Below, piece after piece: positions 23,200 through 36,759 of a stretch of DNA of 64,000 nt. The notes beneath the pieces are model-generated. The model had not been told where the DNA came from. It did no database searches and saw only the letters and a list, made by a program, of their open reading frames with translations. The stretch is taken from positions 74,960,001 through 75,024,000 of the forward strand of contig NW_024704742.1 in NCBI RefSeq assembly GCF_018977255.1, read 5' to 3'. Position numbers and translations under genes: made by a program. The first letter of the stretch is position 1. Every line of letters begins with the position of its first letter. Origin of the DNA: Callorhinchus milii (Eukaryota).

Positions 23200-26100
23200 C
23201 GTAGTCTTTGTTCATATAGTCTTTGCTGACACTGCAGTGCTTTATAAATCTGTCCATAGCTCAGCATATGGCACTGCCTTTAGAAGAGAGGAGGAGGAAG
23301 TTAGCCAAAAAATGAAAACAGAGTAAAAATGACAATTCAACCAATTCATTTCAATTTTATAAGTCATTAGGTTTGTTATAATCCTCTTCTGAATTTTTCT
23401 CACTCTTGTTTGCCCATTCTCTAATTTTCTTTTTCACACTCTTTTAAATGCCTCTCTGCTAATGTCTCTATATCGCCGAATCAGAGACAGCTAATGGATT
23501 ATATAAAGGGGATGTCGAGATCAGCCTTTGGTTGCTGTTAACCTATTGATTAGATGCTCTCCCCTCTTGCATGAGGGATAATTTATTGATGCGTTTGCTG
23601 TGCGCCATTTTATATGCTGTAAATTTCTATGGTTCTACCATAGCTTCCATTTGAAGAAGTACATTGTTTCCTGGCAGAAGTTATTCTTTAATTACAGTTT
23701 AGCAAACTGGCTCAGTTGTCATCTCTGAGTCAGAAAATTATGGATTCAAGCTGCCCTTTGGAGCGTGTACCTCGTATAGTCTTTGATGTCACTTCAACAC
23801 TGCATTGCCAGAGATGCCATTTTTCAGATGGATCCTGGTGGATGTTAAAGATCCCATGACACTGTTCAAAAAAAGAAGGAAGTTTCTCCTGGTGTACTGG
23901 CCAACAAATCCTCCAAATAAAATTGGTCTTTCACTCCCTTGTTTGTTTGTGGGACACTGCTGTGTGCAAATTTGCTGCCGCGTTTGCCCACAAAATACAC
24001 CCAGTTACACCACTTTACAGTATATCCTTTGAAGCTTTTAGAGATGTCTTGTAGATGTGATAAGGAGCTATATCGAATGCAAGGATTATTATCAAAGCAT
24101 TAATTACATTTTTGTTTGTCTAACCGAGAGTATTGTAAACACACAGACATTGACAGTGTCAAGATGTAATAGTAGTATTAATAATAATAACAATTATCCT
24201 TGCATTTGATATAATCCCTCCAAAACAAAACAATAATAAATTGGTCATTTTCAATCAACGACTGTTTGTGGGACACTGCTATGTGCAATTGACTACCGTG
24301 TTTCACCCACAAATATACAGTCAATTCACTTTACAGTCTATTCTGTGAAGCACTTTGAGACGTCGAGAAAATGTGAAAAGCGCTATATCAAATTCAAGGA
24401 TTATTATATTATTATATTATGTCATTGAGATCTCTCAAAGTACTTCACAGGATATGCTGTAAAGTAGATTAACTGTGTATTTTGTGAGCGAAACATTGCA
24501 CATGACAATGGCACACCGGTTACACACACAATCAGCCAAGGAGTGACTAATTTATTTGGGGGATTGTTGAGCAGAACACTGGGAGAACCCACCCCCTTGT
24601 TTTGAACAATGCCATGGGATCTTTAACATCCATCTGAACAGTTAGATGGGACTTTGGTTTAATGTCTCATCCGAAAAACGCCAAGAATGCAACACACCTC
24701 CAGCACTGCATTGGAGTGTCATCTTAGCCTATGTGATTCCAAGTCCTGACGTGGGGCTTGAACCCACAATCTTCTAATTAGTGATAATTCTTCCCCTGTT
24801 TGGGTAGGCATTCCAACTTGTGTGGAAGGCTTTGTGGATGCTATGTGTAATAATAATCCCTGATTTGATATAACACCTTATCACTTTCTCAAGGGGTCTC
24901 AAAGTGCTTCACAGAGTATACTGTAAAGTGAATTGACTGTATTTTGTGGGCGAAACTTGGCTGCCAATTGCGCACAGCAGTGTCCCACAAACAGTCACGG
25001 ATTAAGTTACCAAATTGTTATTCTGTTTAAAGGATTATTACCCCCGGAAAAGCAATCTGTCAATCGAGTAACAACTGGGTTCCTGCTTGCTGCTAGGCGT
25101 GTGGAGTAAGGAAAAACTTGCCCAACGTTTCACTCTGTCAGGAATCAAACCCAAGTGCTCTCGCTTGCAAGGCGAGTGCTCGCAAGCTCGATATGCTGCA
25201 GGACTCTACTCAGGCTCCATACAGATTCAAGAAGCAGTGCAGAAGAAAGCAGCGAGGCTGATTCTTGATATCTGAAGGATGAGCTGTGAGGAACAAATAG
25301 ATAAGCTATAGCTCTTCAGCCTTGAAGAGATATTTCCAAAACGGAAATTTCAAGGTTACTTAAGATTCTTATGGGGATAGAAAAACACAGAACAATAGTT
25401 TCAGACTTGCCAGGAGTTTTAGGGAAGATAATTCACTATTTCTTTACACATTCAACTTTACTTTTTTTTACATTTTTGTAACTGAACTCTTATCAAATTT
25501 ATAAGGTTTCTCTACCAACGTTATCACAGCCAGGTGGAAAACCTGAGGCTGGCTTGTCAACACCCTTCACTTGACCTTCTGATCAACAGCATTTGTGCTG
25601 CTGTCTCTTGCCCACTCCTACAATGGTTACAGCCCTCTGAGAAGATATGCGGTTAGATTCAGTATTTTCTCTAGCATCTCAGTAGCTCTTTCCAAACGAA
25701 ATTGAGATGGCTCCTCCTCAGGATGTTAGTGGGGATTATTAATGTCAGAATGCCATTAATAATAATAATAATAATAATAATCCTTGCATTTGATATAGCG
25801 CTTTTCACGTCTTCTAGACATCCCAAAGCGCTTCACAGAATACACTGTAAAGTGAATTGACTGTATATTTGTGGGCGAACGCGGCAGCCAGTTGCGCACA
25901 GCAGTGTCCCACAAACAGTGATACAGTGGAAGCCGCTTTTGCGGGGTTAACCCCAGACGTAGAGTAAGTAGAACAAAATGCCCAGCCCCGATTCATTTAT
26001 ATTCTTACCTGTTTTTAATATGGTGGTTGATTTGGACAAATGGGACGAGGCTTAAGATTGATTGACAGTGGACTCCAGCCATTCGTAAGCGTCTGGAGAT

Positions 26101-27379
26101 GTGCTGTCAATCTTAGGAGGCGGAGGAACGGGGAAAAACAAGGGAGGGAATATCGCAATTGATTGACAGCTGAGCCGCTGAATGCACTCATTGATTGACA
26201 GCCCAGCCATTCACAAGTGGCTCCAGGCTGTCAATCACCTCAGCACTGCCGCTAGTTGATCCTGTTTCCATCTAATGGGAACGGCAGGAAGCTACTCCTC
26301 TGCTGGTATTTTGCAGCCAAACAAATGTAAACGTACTTCACTGAAATCTGTTCAGGTACAGGATTTTAGCTTGAACTCCTAGGTTAAAATACTTGTGTCC
26401 TGTTTGGTTAGTTAACATTGTTTCAAGTGAAACAACATTATTACATATTTTTATACGGTGTTGGTGATGCTCCTCTGCTGGGTGGGGAATGGTATTTTGG
26501 TTACCCTCGGACACCTCTTATACTGGATAAAACGGCCATCCTCCACGTGTCTGAACTTAGCCAGCGTCCACTATATTTTTATCTGCTTAGGAGAAAGTAC
26601 CAATGTAGGCATAGAACAAAACCTGAGGAGAATCTGACTGTATCAGTCTTCCCGTCGGTCACACACTCAAGTAGCCCACTCTCAGGTCATGCATTAAAAC
26701 TGGTATTGCGCCTTGCTTTCTTCATGGGGTGAAAAATGGGATGTGTATTATGTTAATATATCCAGTGGTGATTACTACTTTGCCAAAGTGTAGCCAGTTG
26801 ACAACTAAAGACTTAAACTGTTCCATGGGTGTGATCTCAGTTGATATTTGACCTCAGCTGACTTTTATCACAATGACTTCCAATGCACATTTGACAGTTT
26901 GTCAGTAAGAAACTGATTTTTAAGGTTATGCTGGTATCCCAAGAACTGATATAGAAGATGGCTTTGAGCCCAATTATTCTAACAGAGATGGAGGGTATAT
27001 TAAGTTCTCACAGATCTCTGTTTTCAACACAGTTTCTGCTATCATATTTAACCCATTACTTACCTCACCCTCTCTACACTTTTTCTCTTTAAACTTTTGT
27101 CTGCTATTTTCTGGTATTTTAAGAACTCGTTATTCTTTTAGTGGGGAGATGGTAGGATGGGTATTCTGAAAGGATGAAGTCAAATAGACTGATGAGGCTT
27201 CTTTACCTGAACCTTTCTTGTAATCTCTTAAGGATTGTTCTCTACCATCCTTTCTGCTCTTCAGTGTATCTTTTTAATCTTCCCTCCTTCATTCCTTGTC
27301 CTTATAGGGCAACAATCAGGCAGGATAGTGCAACATAATCTGTCTCTTCAATCTCCACTTCTTAACTCCTGGATTTACA

Positions 27380-28790
27380 TACAACAACAAAAACAACTTG
27401 CACTTCTATAGTGCCCTCCATGCAGGGCAGTGTCTCAGAGCGCTTAACAGTGGCGGAGCCTGGCTGTGAGCTGGTGGGGTAGATGACTGTAAGCACAGTC
27501 AAAAAGGAAAGTTTTCAGGCGGGACTTGAAAAGTCAGAAAGAGGGGGCAAGGCGGAGGGATTGAGGGAGAGTGTCCCAGAGTTTTGGGGCATAGTGGCTG
27601 AAAGCGTGAAGACCAGTGGTGGAGCAGAGGGTGCGAGGGACAAGCAGGATGCCGGTGCCAGTCGAGCGGAGGCACCGGGTGGTGGATTGGGGAGTGAGGA
27701 GGTCGGAGAGGTAGGGAGGGGCCAGGGCGTGAGGGGATTTGACCACAGTGTGAGTTTCTTGAAATCGATCCGTTTGGTGATGGGGAGCCAGTGAAGCCTA
27801 GTCAGAATTGGTGAGATGTGGGTATGGAGTTTGGTCCGGGTCAGTATGCGGGTGGCAGAGTTCTAAATGAGCTGGACCTTTTGAATAGCGGAGTTGGGGA
27901 GACCAGCGAGGAGAGCGTTTGAATAATCCAGGCAGGAGGTGACAAACGCATGCATGAGAGTTTGGGCTGAATTTGGGCTAAGGTACGGTCGAAGGCGGGC
28001 AATATGGTGGAAGTGGAGGAAGGCGATCCTGGTCAGGGACCGGATGTGGGGGAGGAAGGACTGCTAGGGGTTGAACCGGACGCCTAGATTGTGCACTGGT
28101 TCAGTGAGTCTGAGGGAGAGCCTAGGGAGGTTAAGGAGTTTAGATCTGCAGGTGTGAAGACGTTGATGGGAGCCAAGGAGTATGGCTGCCATCTTGTCCA
28201 CATTCAGCCGCAGGAAGCTTGCACTCCTCCGGGCCATGATATCCACCAGACAAGCTGATTGAACGTCAGTGAACCTGGAGTTGATACTGGAGGAGGCAAA
28301 GTAGATTTGTGTGTCATCCGCATACATGTGGAAGTTTACCCCGTGTCTGCGGATGACATCATCAAGAGGGAGCATAAGGATGAGGAAAAAAAGAGGGTGG
28401 CAAGAATGGAGCCCTGGGGTACCCCTGGGTGACGGGCAGGAGGAGAAACCATTTAAGAACATAAGAAATAGGAGCAGCAGTAGTCCATTCGGCCCCTCGA
28501 GCCTACTCTGCCATTTAATAAGATCATGGCTAATCTTCTAACGTAACCTAATTCCATTTACTCGCCCTATCTCCATATCCCTTAATCCCTTTAGTTTTTA
28601 AAAATCTATCAATCTCAGTCTGAATATGTTCAATGATTGAGCATCCACAGCCTTCTAGGGTAGAGAATTCCATAAATTTGCCGAGATGAAGTGGAGGCAG
28701 TTGGTTAAGTAGGACTTGAACCATCCGAGTGCGGTCCCATTAAGGTGGATGAGGGAGGAGAGGTGTTAAAGCAGGATGGCATGGTTGACC
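27380..28790 (-). mobile_element. L2 LINE interrupted by a CR1-type fragment (about 28455-28680)
   Basis: [27 protein letters not shown]; insert aagaacataagaaataggagcag...ccattcggcccctcgagcct. Confidence 0.85.
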
Positions 28791-29866
28791 ACGAATGCAA
28801 ACCTAAACAGTAAACTATACAGAGTGGAAATGTGGCCCATCCAATCTAACAACTTCTGCTGCTTTGAAAGCCGACCCCCTTCAGCTTCTTGAATTGCTGG
28901 GAGTAATCAAAAGTCCCTTTGCATAGTTTGTTAATGTCCACTTTATATCTTTGAGAATTGCTCAAACAAAAAAAATGTTTAATTCAGTTTGCGTTCACAA
29001 CCAATCTAACAATTCTTCTTTGATTTTGTTGTTTGAGCTCACTGAACAAAAGGAATGATATTATTATGTGACCTAGTGAAACTAACTTTGCAATGAACAA
29101 TGCAGAAAGGTTAAAATATTTTATGAACTTATTCATTTGGGTGAATAGAGCATAGCGAAGTGGATGGAGTAGTACATACATGGTGACTAGTTAATATTTT
29201 GTAAATGTGCGTTTCGCATACAAAATATACAGTCAATTAACTTTACAATATATTCTGTGAAGGGCTTTGAGCTTTTTGAAGACATGATAAAGTGCTATAT
29301 CAAATGCAAGGAATATTATTATTATTCACATTCAGGATTCAAACAATGTTTTAGCCTATTCGTGACGTAAATTTGAATTGTTGAATGTGATGCCTTAGCC
29401 TCAAAGAGCAGGAATTAGAAAAGGACTGATTGAAACGAACCACCTACTGAAGTTTTTTTTACTCTTTTCAATGTATCATAATCAAGCATTACAATAATAA
29501 TAATAATCCTTGCATTTGATATAGTGCTTTTCACGTCATCTAGACATCTCAAAACGCTTCACAGTATATACTGTAAAGTGAATTGACTGTACATTTGTGG
29601 GTGAAACGTAGCAGCCAATTGCGCACAGTAGTGCCTCACAAACAGTCGTGGATTGAGTGACCAAATTATTTTTTTTGAAGGATTATTATCACCGGGAAAT
29701 CAAATTGCCAATCGATTAACAAGCGGGTTCCTACTTACTACTAGGTAAACAGGCGTGTGGAGTAAGGAAACTTGCCCAACATTTCGTAGTTTGTGCACAT
29801 TATTGTAAGTTATTGCTTGTGCTTCATTTAATAACACTTTTAATCACTTTTTTTGCTTAACCTCAG

Positions 29867-29936
29867 CAAAAATGTGTCCATCACCGACAGTCCCTTCCAC
29901 TGCAGCCAAGAAGAAGCCGAAGCAATTGTCCGTTCA
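29867..29936 (+). CDS. PPA2: PPA2 exon (C)KNVSITDSPFHCSQEEAEAIVRS
   Basis: NV-x3-DSPF-x-C-x-QEEA; phase 2 to 0; strong splice sites. Confidence 0.93.
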
Positions 29937-30179
29937 GTAAGTAGGAACACAGTAAATAATGTGATAACTTATTTCTACTGTACTTCCATCCTTGGGGGGA
30001 GGGTGGGGTGGGGGTAATTCCTCAGGAGTTGAAATGGTCTATTTTGATTTCTTTGATGATGATTTCTTCAATCTAATTGAAAATAAACCAGAAAAATCCT
30101 TAGCATCTGGAAAGGAGAAACAACATACTGATGCTTTAGGTTTTCCAGTGACCTGGATACAGTAATAGTAGGGACTATT

Positions 30180-30710
30180 TCTAAATCTGTGGATGACCCT
30201 AAGCTAAGACCTGTTGCAGATTATGAAGAGGGTAGATAAAAAATGTAGAGATAGAAAGTTAAGTGAGTGGGCAGAACTATGATAGATGGAGTATAACATT
30301 GCAAAGTGTGAAGTCCAGACAGAATAACAGCAGTTGAGATTATGTTCTAAATGGAGAAGTACTAGGTGGTGTAAATGAGCAGAGACATAACTAAGGGTTC
30401 AAGTCCATACAAATAACATTCAAATCTAGTGTGCAGAGAAAAGCAGTCAATACAGCAAATGAGATGATTTATTGCAACGGAATTGGAATATAAAGGTAAA
30501 GAAGTGTTGCTCCTGTTATTTAGAGCATTGGTCAGACCTCAGTTGAATACTGCATTCTGTTTTGAGCACCCAAACTAGCCTTGGTGGATCTCCAGTAACA
30601 TTAGATTGCTGAGTTGATGGAATTGGGTATGATGAGAAGCTGTCTAGACTGGGGTTATATTCATTGGACCACAGAAGGTGAAGTAATTTGATTGAGGTAT
30701 TTAATCACAC
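30180..30710 (+). mobile_element. Degenerate CR1 LINE RT C-terminal fragment
   Basis: ADD-x-KL-like segment, W..EYNI.KC.V and LFRALVRPQL(EY) motifs typical of CR1. Confidence 0.8.
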
Positions 30711-30773
30711 CTCCTATACCTGAATCCAAATCATTTATGTATATGGTGAACAGGAGTGGTCCCTGTGGAACAC

Positions 30774-31095
30774 GTGTAGTCCTGTAGCTCAGTGGTTAGA
30801 GCACCCGCTTTGCAAGCGAGAGACCTGAGTTCAATTCCAGGCAGGGCGAAACCTTGGGCAAGTTTCCTTACTCCACACGCCTAATAATAATCCCTCCAAA
30901 ACCAAAAACAATAATAAAAATTGGTCATTTTCAATCTACGACTGTTTGTAGGACATTGCTGTGCGCAATTGGCTGCCGCGTACACCCACAAATATAAAGT
31001 CAATTCACTTTACAGTGTGTTCCGTGAAGCACTTTGGGACGTCCTCCCGACGTGAAAAGCCCTATATCAAATGCAAGGATTATTATTATTATTAT
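30774..31095 (+). mobile_element. tRNA-Ala SINE inserted in a CR1 fragment, possible AACAC target-site duplication
   Basis: Full head and tail; aacac at 30769-30773 and 31096-31100. Confidence 0.9.
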
Positions 31096-31214
31096 AACAC
31101 TACTTCCTACCTCTTGCCAGCCTGATATGAGGCCCTTATCTCCTACCCTTTGCTTTTGATTTCCTAGATATTGTTTAATTCATTCTGCTATCACGTCCAT
31201 GATTCTTCATGAGT

Positions 31215-32548
31215 TGAGGAACCCACAGCACGGAAACTGCTCAGGTCAAGGTCACAAACGACATCCTTACCATGTGTGACCAGGGCTCCCTCTGCCTCCT
31301 CGTCCTCATCGACTTCTCCACCGTCTTTGACACAGTGGACCACTCAATCCTCCTCCACCGCCTCTCCTCCCACATCAACCTTCAAGGTTCTGTCCTTGAC
31401 TGGTTCAGGTCCTACCTTTCACAATGTCTCCACTTTGTCTCAGCTAACGCTTCTCCTCCAGCCCCCACACTGTCTCGTGCAGCACTCCTTGGGGCTCTGT
31501 CCTCGGTCCCCTACTCTTCACCCTCTGCATGCTCCCCCTTGGTGACGTCATCTGCAGACATGGGGTAAATTTCCACATGTATGCGGATGACACCCAACTC
31601 TATCTCTCTGCCTCCACCCTGAACTCCAGGACTACTGGCGTCCTGACCGACTGCCTGTCCGACATCAAGTCCTGGATGAGAGCCAACTTTCTCTAACTCA
31701 ACGTCAGCAAGACCGAGGACCTCCTGATTGGCTCGCACCAACGCCTCCACACCTCAGGCGCTGGCAGCATCAGCCTCCACGGCTGTACACTCAACCTCAC
31801 TAAGCCAGTCAGGAACCTTGTGTCTTGTTTGACCCTGAACTGTCCTTTCTCCCCCACATCCGCACCATGAACGACACTGCCTACCACCACCTCCACAACA
31901 TTGCCAGACTCCGCCAGTGCCTCACCCCTCAGGCTGCCGAAATCCTCACCCACACATTCGTCACCTCAAGGCTCGATTACAGGAACTCCCTCCTCATCGG
32001 CCTTCCCAACTCTTCCCTTCACAAGCTGCAGATCATCCAAAACTCTGCAGCTCGTGTACTCTCACGCACCAGGCTCCGTGACCCCATCACTGCCACCCTC
32101 GCCGACTCCACTGGTTCCCCATCACCCAGAGGATCGAGTTCAAGATCCTCGTCCTCACCTTTAAGGCCATCCATGGCCTTGCCCCCTCCTACCTCTCTGA
32201 CCTGCTGACTCCCTACCAACCTGCCCGCTCCTTCCTTTCATCGGGCTCCGGCCTGCTCCATGTCTCCCACCCTACCATCGGTGGCCGGGCTTTCAGCCTC
32301 TCTGTCCCCACACTCTGGAACTCCATCCCACAGTCCCTTCGCCTCGCTTCCTCCCTTGCCTCCTTCAAGGCCAGTCTCAAGACCCTTCTCTTCGACCGTG
32401 CCTTTGGTCTCCCTCCCACCTCTCTGCCTTCCCTCACCCCTACACCACCCCTCCCCTATGCTCAGGCCCCGACACCTGACTGTTCAGAGCTTTGGGACGT
32501 CCTCCCAACAAGAAAGGCGCTCTATAAATATAATTTTGTTGTTGTTGA
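31215..32548 (+). mobile_element. L2 LINE, 5'-truncated
   Basis: HSTETA.VKVTND, FDTVDH, YADDTQL, SRLDY.NSLL and (TTG)n tail. Confidence 0.92.
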
Positions 32549-32559
32549 TTCCACATGCC

Positions 32560-34250
32560 CCTATTTCAGTTTTGAGCCTCTCATGGGGTACTTTATCTTA
32601 GTCTTTCTGGAAATCCAGATGCACTACATCCATAACATTTCTCTTGACTACTTTATCGGTTACAACAACAACAATAACTTGCATTTATATAGCATCCTTC
32701 ACACGGGGTAAGCATCCCGGAGTGCTTTACATCTTCAAAGAATTTGATAAGGTTGGTCAAGCAACTTTGACCTTCCTTTTGTAAATCCATGCTGGCTGCT
32801 CTTAATTATATTCTCCTTCTCCAGAGGGCAAGTTACTTCATCTTTTGTTATGGATTCCAATGCCTTGCCCACAACCGGTGTTAAAATGAGTTTCCTGGAT
32901 TAGCTCTATCACTTTTCTTAAAAATAAACATTACCAAGGCCATTCTCTAGTCCTCTGGCATGATTCCTTTCTCTACAGAGTTATTAAATATATATACCAC
33001 AGCCTGAGCTCTCTCCTCCCTAGTTTCTTTAAAGATCCATCTATTCTTTCTACTTTAAACTTGCTTAATACCAGTCCACTTTATTTAATGCCTCCTTTCT
33101 ACCTATTTTAATTGTTGCGTTTTGCACCCTTCCCCTGCTATTCTTACAAAATTTTCTTTATCAGTTTTCTTTTGAAAACTGAGGCAAAGTATTCATTTAC
33201 TATTTCTGCCATTTCCTTATTATCTGCTCTGAAGCTTATCTACTTCTACCCTTATGGTCCTATCCCTACTTTAACCGTTCTTTTAACATATCTATAGAAC
33301 ACCTTGCTCTTTACTTTTTATATTTTTTACTATGTTCTCATGATTCCTCTTTGCATTCCTAAACATCTTTTTAACCTCTTTCCTAAGTTTGCTATAGTGA
33401 CTCCTGGTTTCCTTTGTTATCTAATCTGTGCTTTTCAAATAGCTGCAGTTTTGTCTTCACATCCATGGCATCCCATTATTAGTTAATTTTCTCTTATTTC
33501 TAAATGGAATATGTTTCTGCAGCACCTTTTCTATTGTGCTTAAAAATCTTCCATTGTTGCTTAATGTCTTTCTTTTCCAATTTTTCCTTCCAGTCAACTT
33601 GGGCCAGTTCTTTCCTCATACAATTATAATTATAATTCTTCCAATCGAGTACCATGGTCTAGTCTATCTCCTTTACTATAATCATTTTGAACCTTATATT
33701 ATGATCACTATCCCCAAGTTGCTTCCGCACATTTAAACCCTGACCTGCTTTGGTTTATTTGCCCATAACCAGGGCGAGCAGCGATTCTCCTCTTGTTGGA
33801 GTTTCTACATACTGGGACAGGAAAGATTCCTGCACATATTGCAAAAAAAATCTCCTTCTCAACTCCTACTCTCTGACGATCTATCTAGGGATAATTGAAA
33901 TTGCCCATAATTATTTATTTATTATTTTTGCTCATCTCCCTTATGTCTGAATATTTCTTCTTTTACTACTTTTCTGCTGTTGGATGGCCTGTAGGTACAC
34001 CCGCAATAGTGTGGCTGTGTCTGTTTTATCTCTATAACCAGATGGATTGTGTCTTTATCCCCTCATTAATTATCTTTCTCCTTTTCAGTGTGATTATAGT
34101 CTCTGACCAATATTGCTACTCCACCTCCCCTTTACCCATCTCTGTACTTTCTAAATATATTGGATCCTGTTAGATTTAATTGCCAATCCTGTCCTGGTTG
34201 TAACTATGTTTTTGTTAATCTGCCTTTCTTTGTCACTGATTTCAAAGTAT
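32560..34250 (-). mobile_element. Degenerate CR1 ORF2 (endonuclease to RT)
   Basis: Reverse-strand CR1 hallmarks: QHGF.KG.S..TNL, DV..LDFQK.FD.VPH.RL, LN.YFASVF, LG.SDH. Confidence 0.8.
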
Positions 34251-35179
34251 TGATTGTGAGAATGATAATCCTTGCTTTATATAGAGCCTTATCACGTCTT
34301 TGAGATGTCTCAAAGCGCTTCACAGGATACACTGTAAAGCGTAGTGACTGTTTTGTGGGCAAAACACGGTAGCACAATTGTGCACAGCAGTGTCCCACAA
34401 ACAGTCGTGGATTGAGTGACCAATTTATTATTTTTTAAAAGAATTGGGAGGGATTATTCCCCCCGGAAAACTGATCCTACGGGTTCCTACTCACTGCTAG
34501 GTGAGTAGAGGCGTGTGTGTGCAATAAGGAAACTTGCCTAAGGTTTCATCCCGCATGGGAATCAAACCCAGATCCTCTTGCTTGCGAGACAAGCGCACTA
34601 ATCAATACGCTACAGGTTCACCTGCTTAGCAAGTGGGTTTCCCTCTCTCCCCGCCAAGCTCTGTCAGTCAAACCTAGGAGAGGAAACGTATTTCAAGAAT
34701 AAATTTGAAGAGGCACAAGTAGTTTACAAAGCACATCAGTTTCCAACTTTCTATGAGGTAAGATGTTCTTACTACAGAGGAGTGCCCCAGTTTGGAGAGG
34801 AAGGAGGAAGTGGTACGGGCAGGGGTATTGTCCTGTGACCCTGTTCTTTTTTGCTTTGCATCATAAGTCATTGAAATGTCTGTAGGGTGTTCACATTTCC
34901 CTAACTTGAAAGAAAACATGGCACCAGTCTTAAAAGGAGGAAAACTGCAATGTTTTTTAAAAGTTAGTATACTAACCAAATAACTGGTGGTTACATTGAT
35001 AATACCTCAATTTCTTCAGTGACTTTCTTTGAGCAAGCAACCATTACAATTACAGTAGCAATGTTGTTATGTACACATAGTGGACAAGCAAGTAGAACCA
35101 GTTTTGCTACTACAGTATATCAGATTGTATGGGCAAGGGTTACATTACTGAGTAACATTAATTGCACTTTGTCTTGCAG

Positions 35180-35219
35180 GCACCAGCATGTGGGGAAGTG
35201 AAAAGTATCCCAGAGGAAG
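35180..35219 (+). CDS. PPA2: PPA2 penultimate exon APACGEVKSIPEE
   Basis: ttgcag| and |gtatga; 40 nt, phase 0 to 1 bridges the flanking exons. Confidence 0.85.
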
Positions 35220-35778
35220 GTATGATGTTAATGTGCTCAGAAATTAATGTATATTTTCTTAAGCACAGTTTGTTTGGAGTATTGTTACACTATTACACCC
35301 TTCCTCATAGGAAATTCTTACAGCTGTGAACAATCTAATGTTTTAAGTAAAGTCGATTTTTAAAATGCTATGACCTTTATAAAACCGTAACTTCCAACAG
35401 GAAATATGGAATTCATTCATGCATTTTGCAAGAATTTAATTAATAGACTACTCTGATGTGTATGAAAGCATCTTGAACACCATGTAAGCTATTTCCTGAA
35501 GGGCTCTGGAGCAGGACATAGGCGTATGTTTTAAACCAAACTGTATTAACCCTTTTCACCACCAGCTGCCATTTTGCTAAACAAAATCTCATTTTTTTTA
35601 CAGTAAAATAGTCAGAATGTTTTGAAGTGAAAGGTGTAATTGCTATTGGAAGATTTGTACCATTTTGAATCGAAAAAAAAGTATTTTATAATACTTCAAT
35701 GACTGTACATTCTATTAAATTTAGGCTCATTCTGTGTGACAGAAAGAAATGATTTCAAATTGGTTTCTCTGTTTACAG

Positions 35779-35807
35779 TGAACAAATGGCATTTCCTTGG
35801 CAAGTGA
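35779..35807 (+). CDS. PPA2: PPA2 last coding exon (V)NKWHFLGK*
   Basis: C-terminus WHFLGK as in vertebrate PPA2; joined CDS is 939 nt with no internal stop. Confidence 0.95.
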
Positions 35808-36131
35808 ATATCGGACATCAAAGATTTGTGTTTTAATGCTGAGAACCGTGTACTGCCAAATCTATAAAAAAAAGAGCAGGACGTGAATGTGATGATCTTG
35901 ATACAGAGTGTGGATTCAGCTGGAAAACCATCATGATTTCTATTGCTTCAGTTAGCCAACAGGCATATTGCTCCACAGTCCTTACATATATGTACAATCT
36001 CTGTGCACAGATCTTGCTGTAAATGCTTAATTTCCCCCTCTAATTATTGTCAGCACATGATGTGTTCAGTAAATTTGTTTCCTCTACGTTTAAAGTCCTT
36101 CATTTCAACAGGATGCTAGTAACAAATGGAA

Positions 36132-36137
36132 AATAAA
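36132..36137 (+). promoter_or_regulatory. PPA2: PPA2 AATAAA polyA signal (second candidate at 36324-36329)
   Basis: First AATAAA hexamers downstream of the stop codon. Confidence 0.6.
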
Positions 36138-36544
36138 CAATTGGATAATTTGTAGCAGAAAAGGTCATGGTTTGATATTCAGAGCTGCTGTTGTTTGGAT
36201 CAGCACAGGTACAAATAGGGTAATGAATTGCATTGGAAGCTTATCTTAAACCTGTTCTGAATCTCAAGTAACACACCGTTCAAAGCAGAATGAGCATCTT
36301 GTTTGATTGTTTCACGAACCTTGAATAAAATTAAATGATCTGGGTTTGCATTGGTAAGAGAGGTGGGCAACTTGGCTCTGTCAAGAGCTGAGACCTGAGT
36401 CAGTGCTCTCACCTCTGGGTCAGGAGGGCTATGGGTTAAAGCACCAGCCTGAGCCCATGCTTCCCACTACCATCTCCTGACCCTGGAAGAAAATAACCCT
36501 CCAGTGCCTCTCTTCTGCCCTCAAGTCATCTGTACTCTTGCCCC

Positions 36545-36612
36545 TCTGACCCTCCTCCCCCCATGACCTTTCCTCCCCCCATGACCTTACCTCCCCCCAT
36601 GACCTTTCCTCC
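36545..36612 (+). repeat. 18-bp minisatellite (tcctcccccatgacctt-like, about 3.5 copies)
   Basis: Direct repeats visible; gives the RSWGEE repeat in ORF 36429-36620. Confidence 0.8.
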
Positions 36613-36759
36613 TTAGTCACCCTCCTTCATAACTCCCTCTCTAATATCCTCAACACACTTGCACCCATCACCTCTTGCCCTCCTACTCCCTCAAGTCCCC
36701 CTAGTACACCAGCCACCTTCACTCCCTCAAATTACTGGTACGTGCTGCTAAACGCACCT

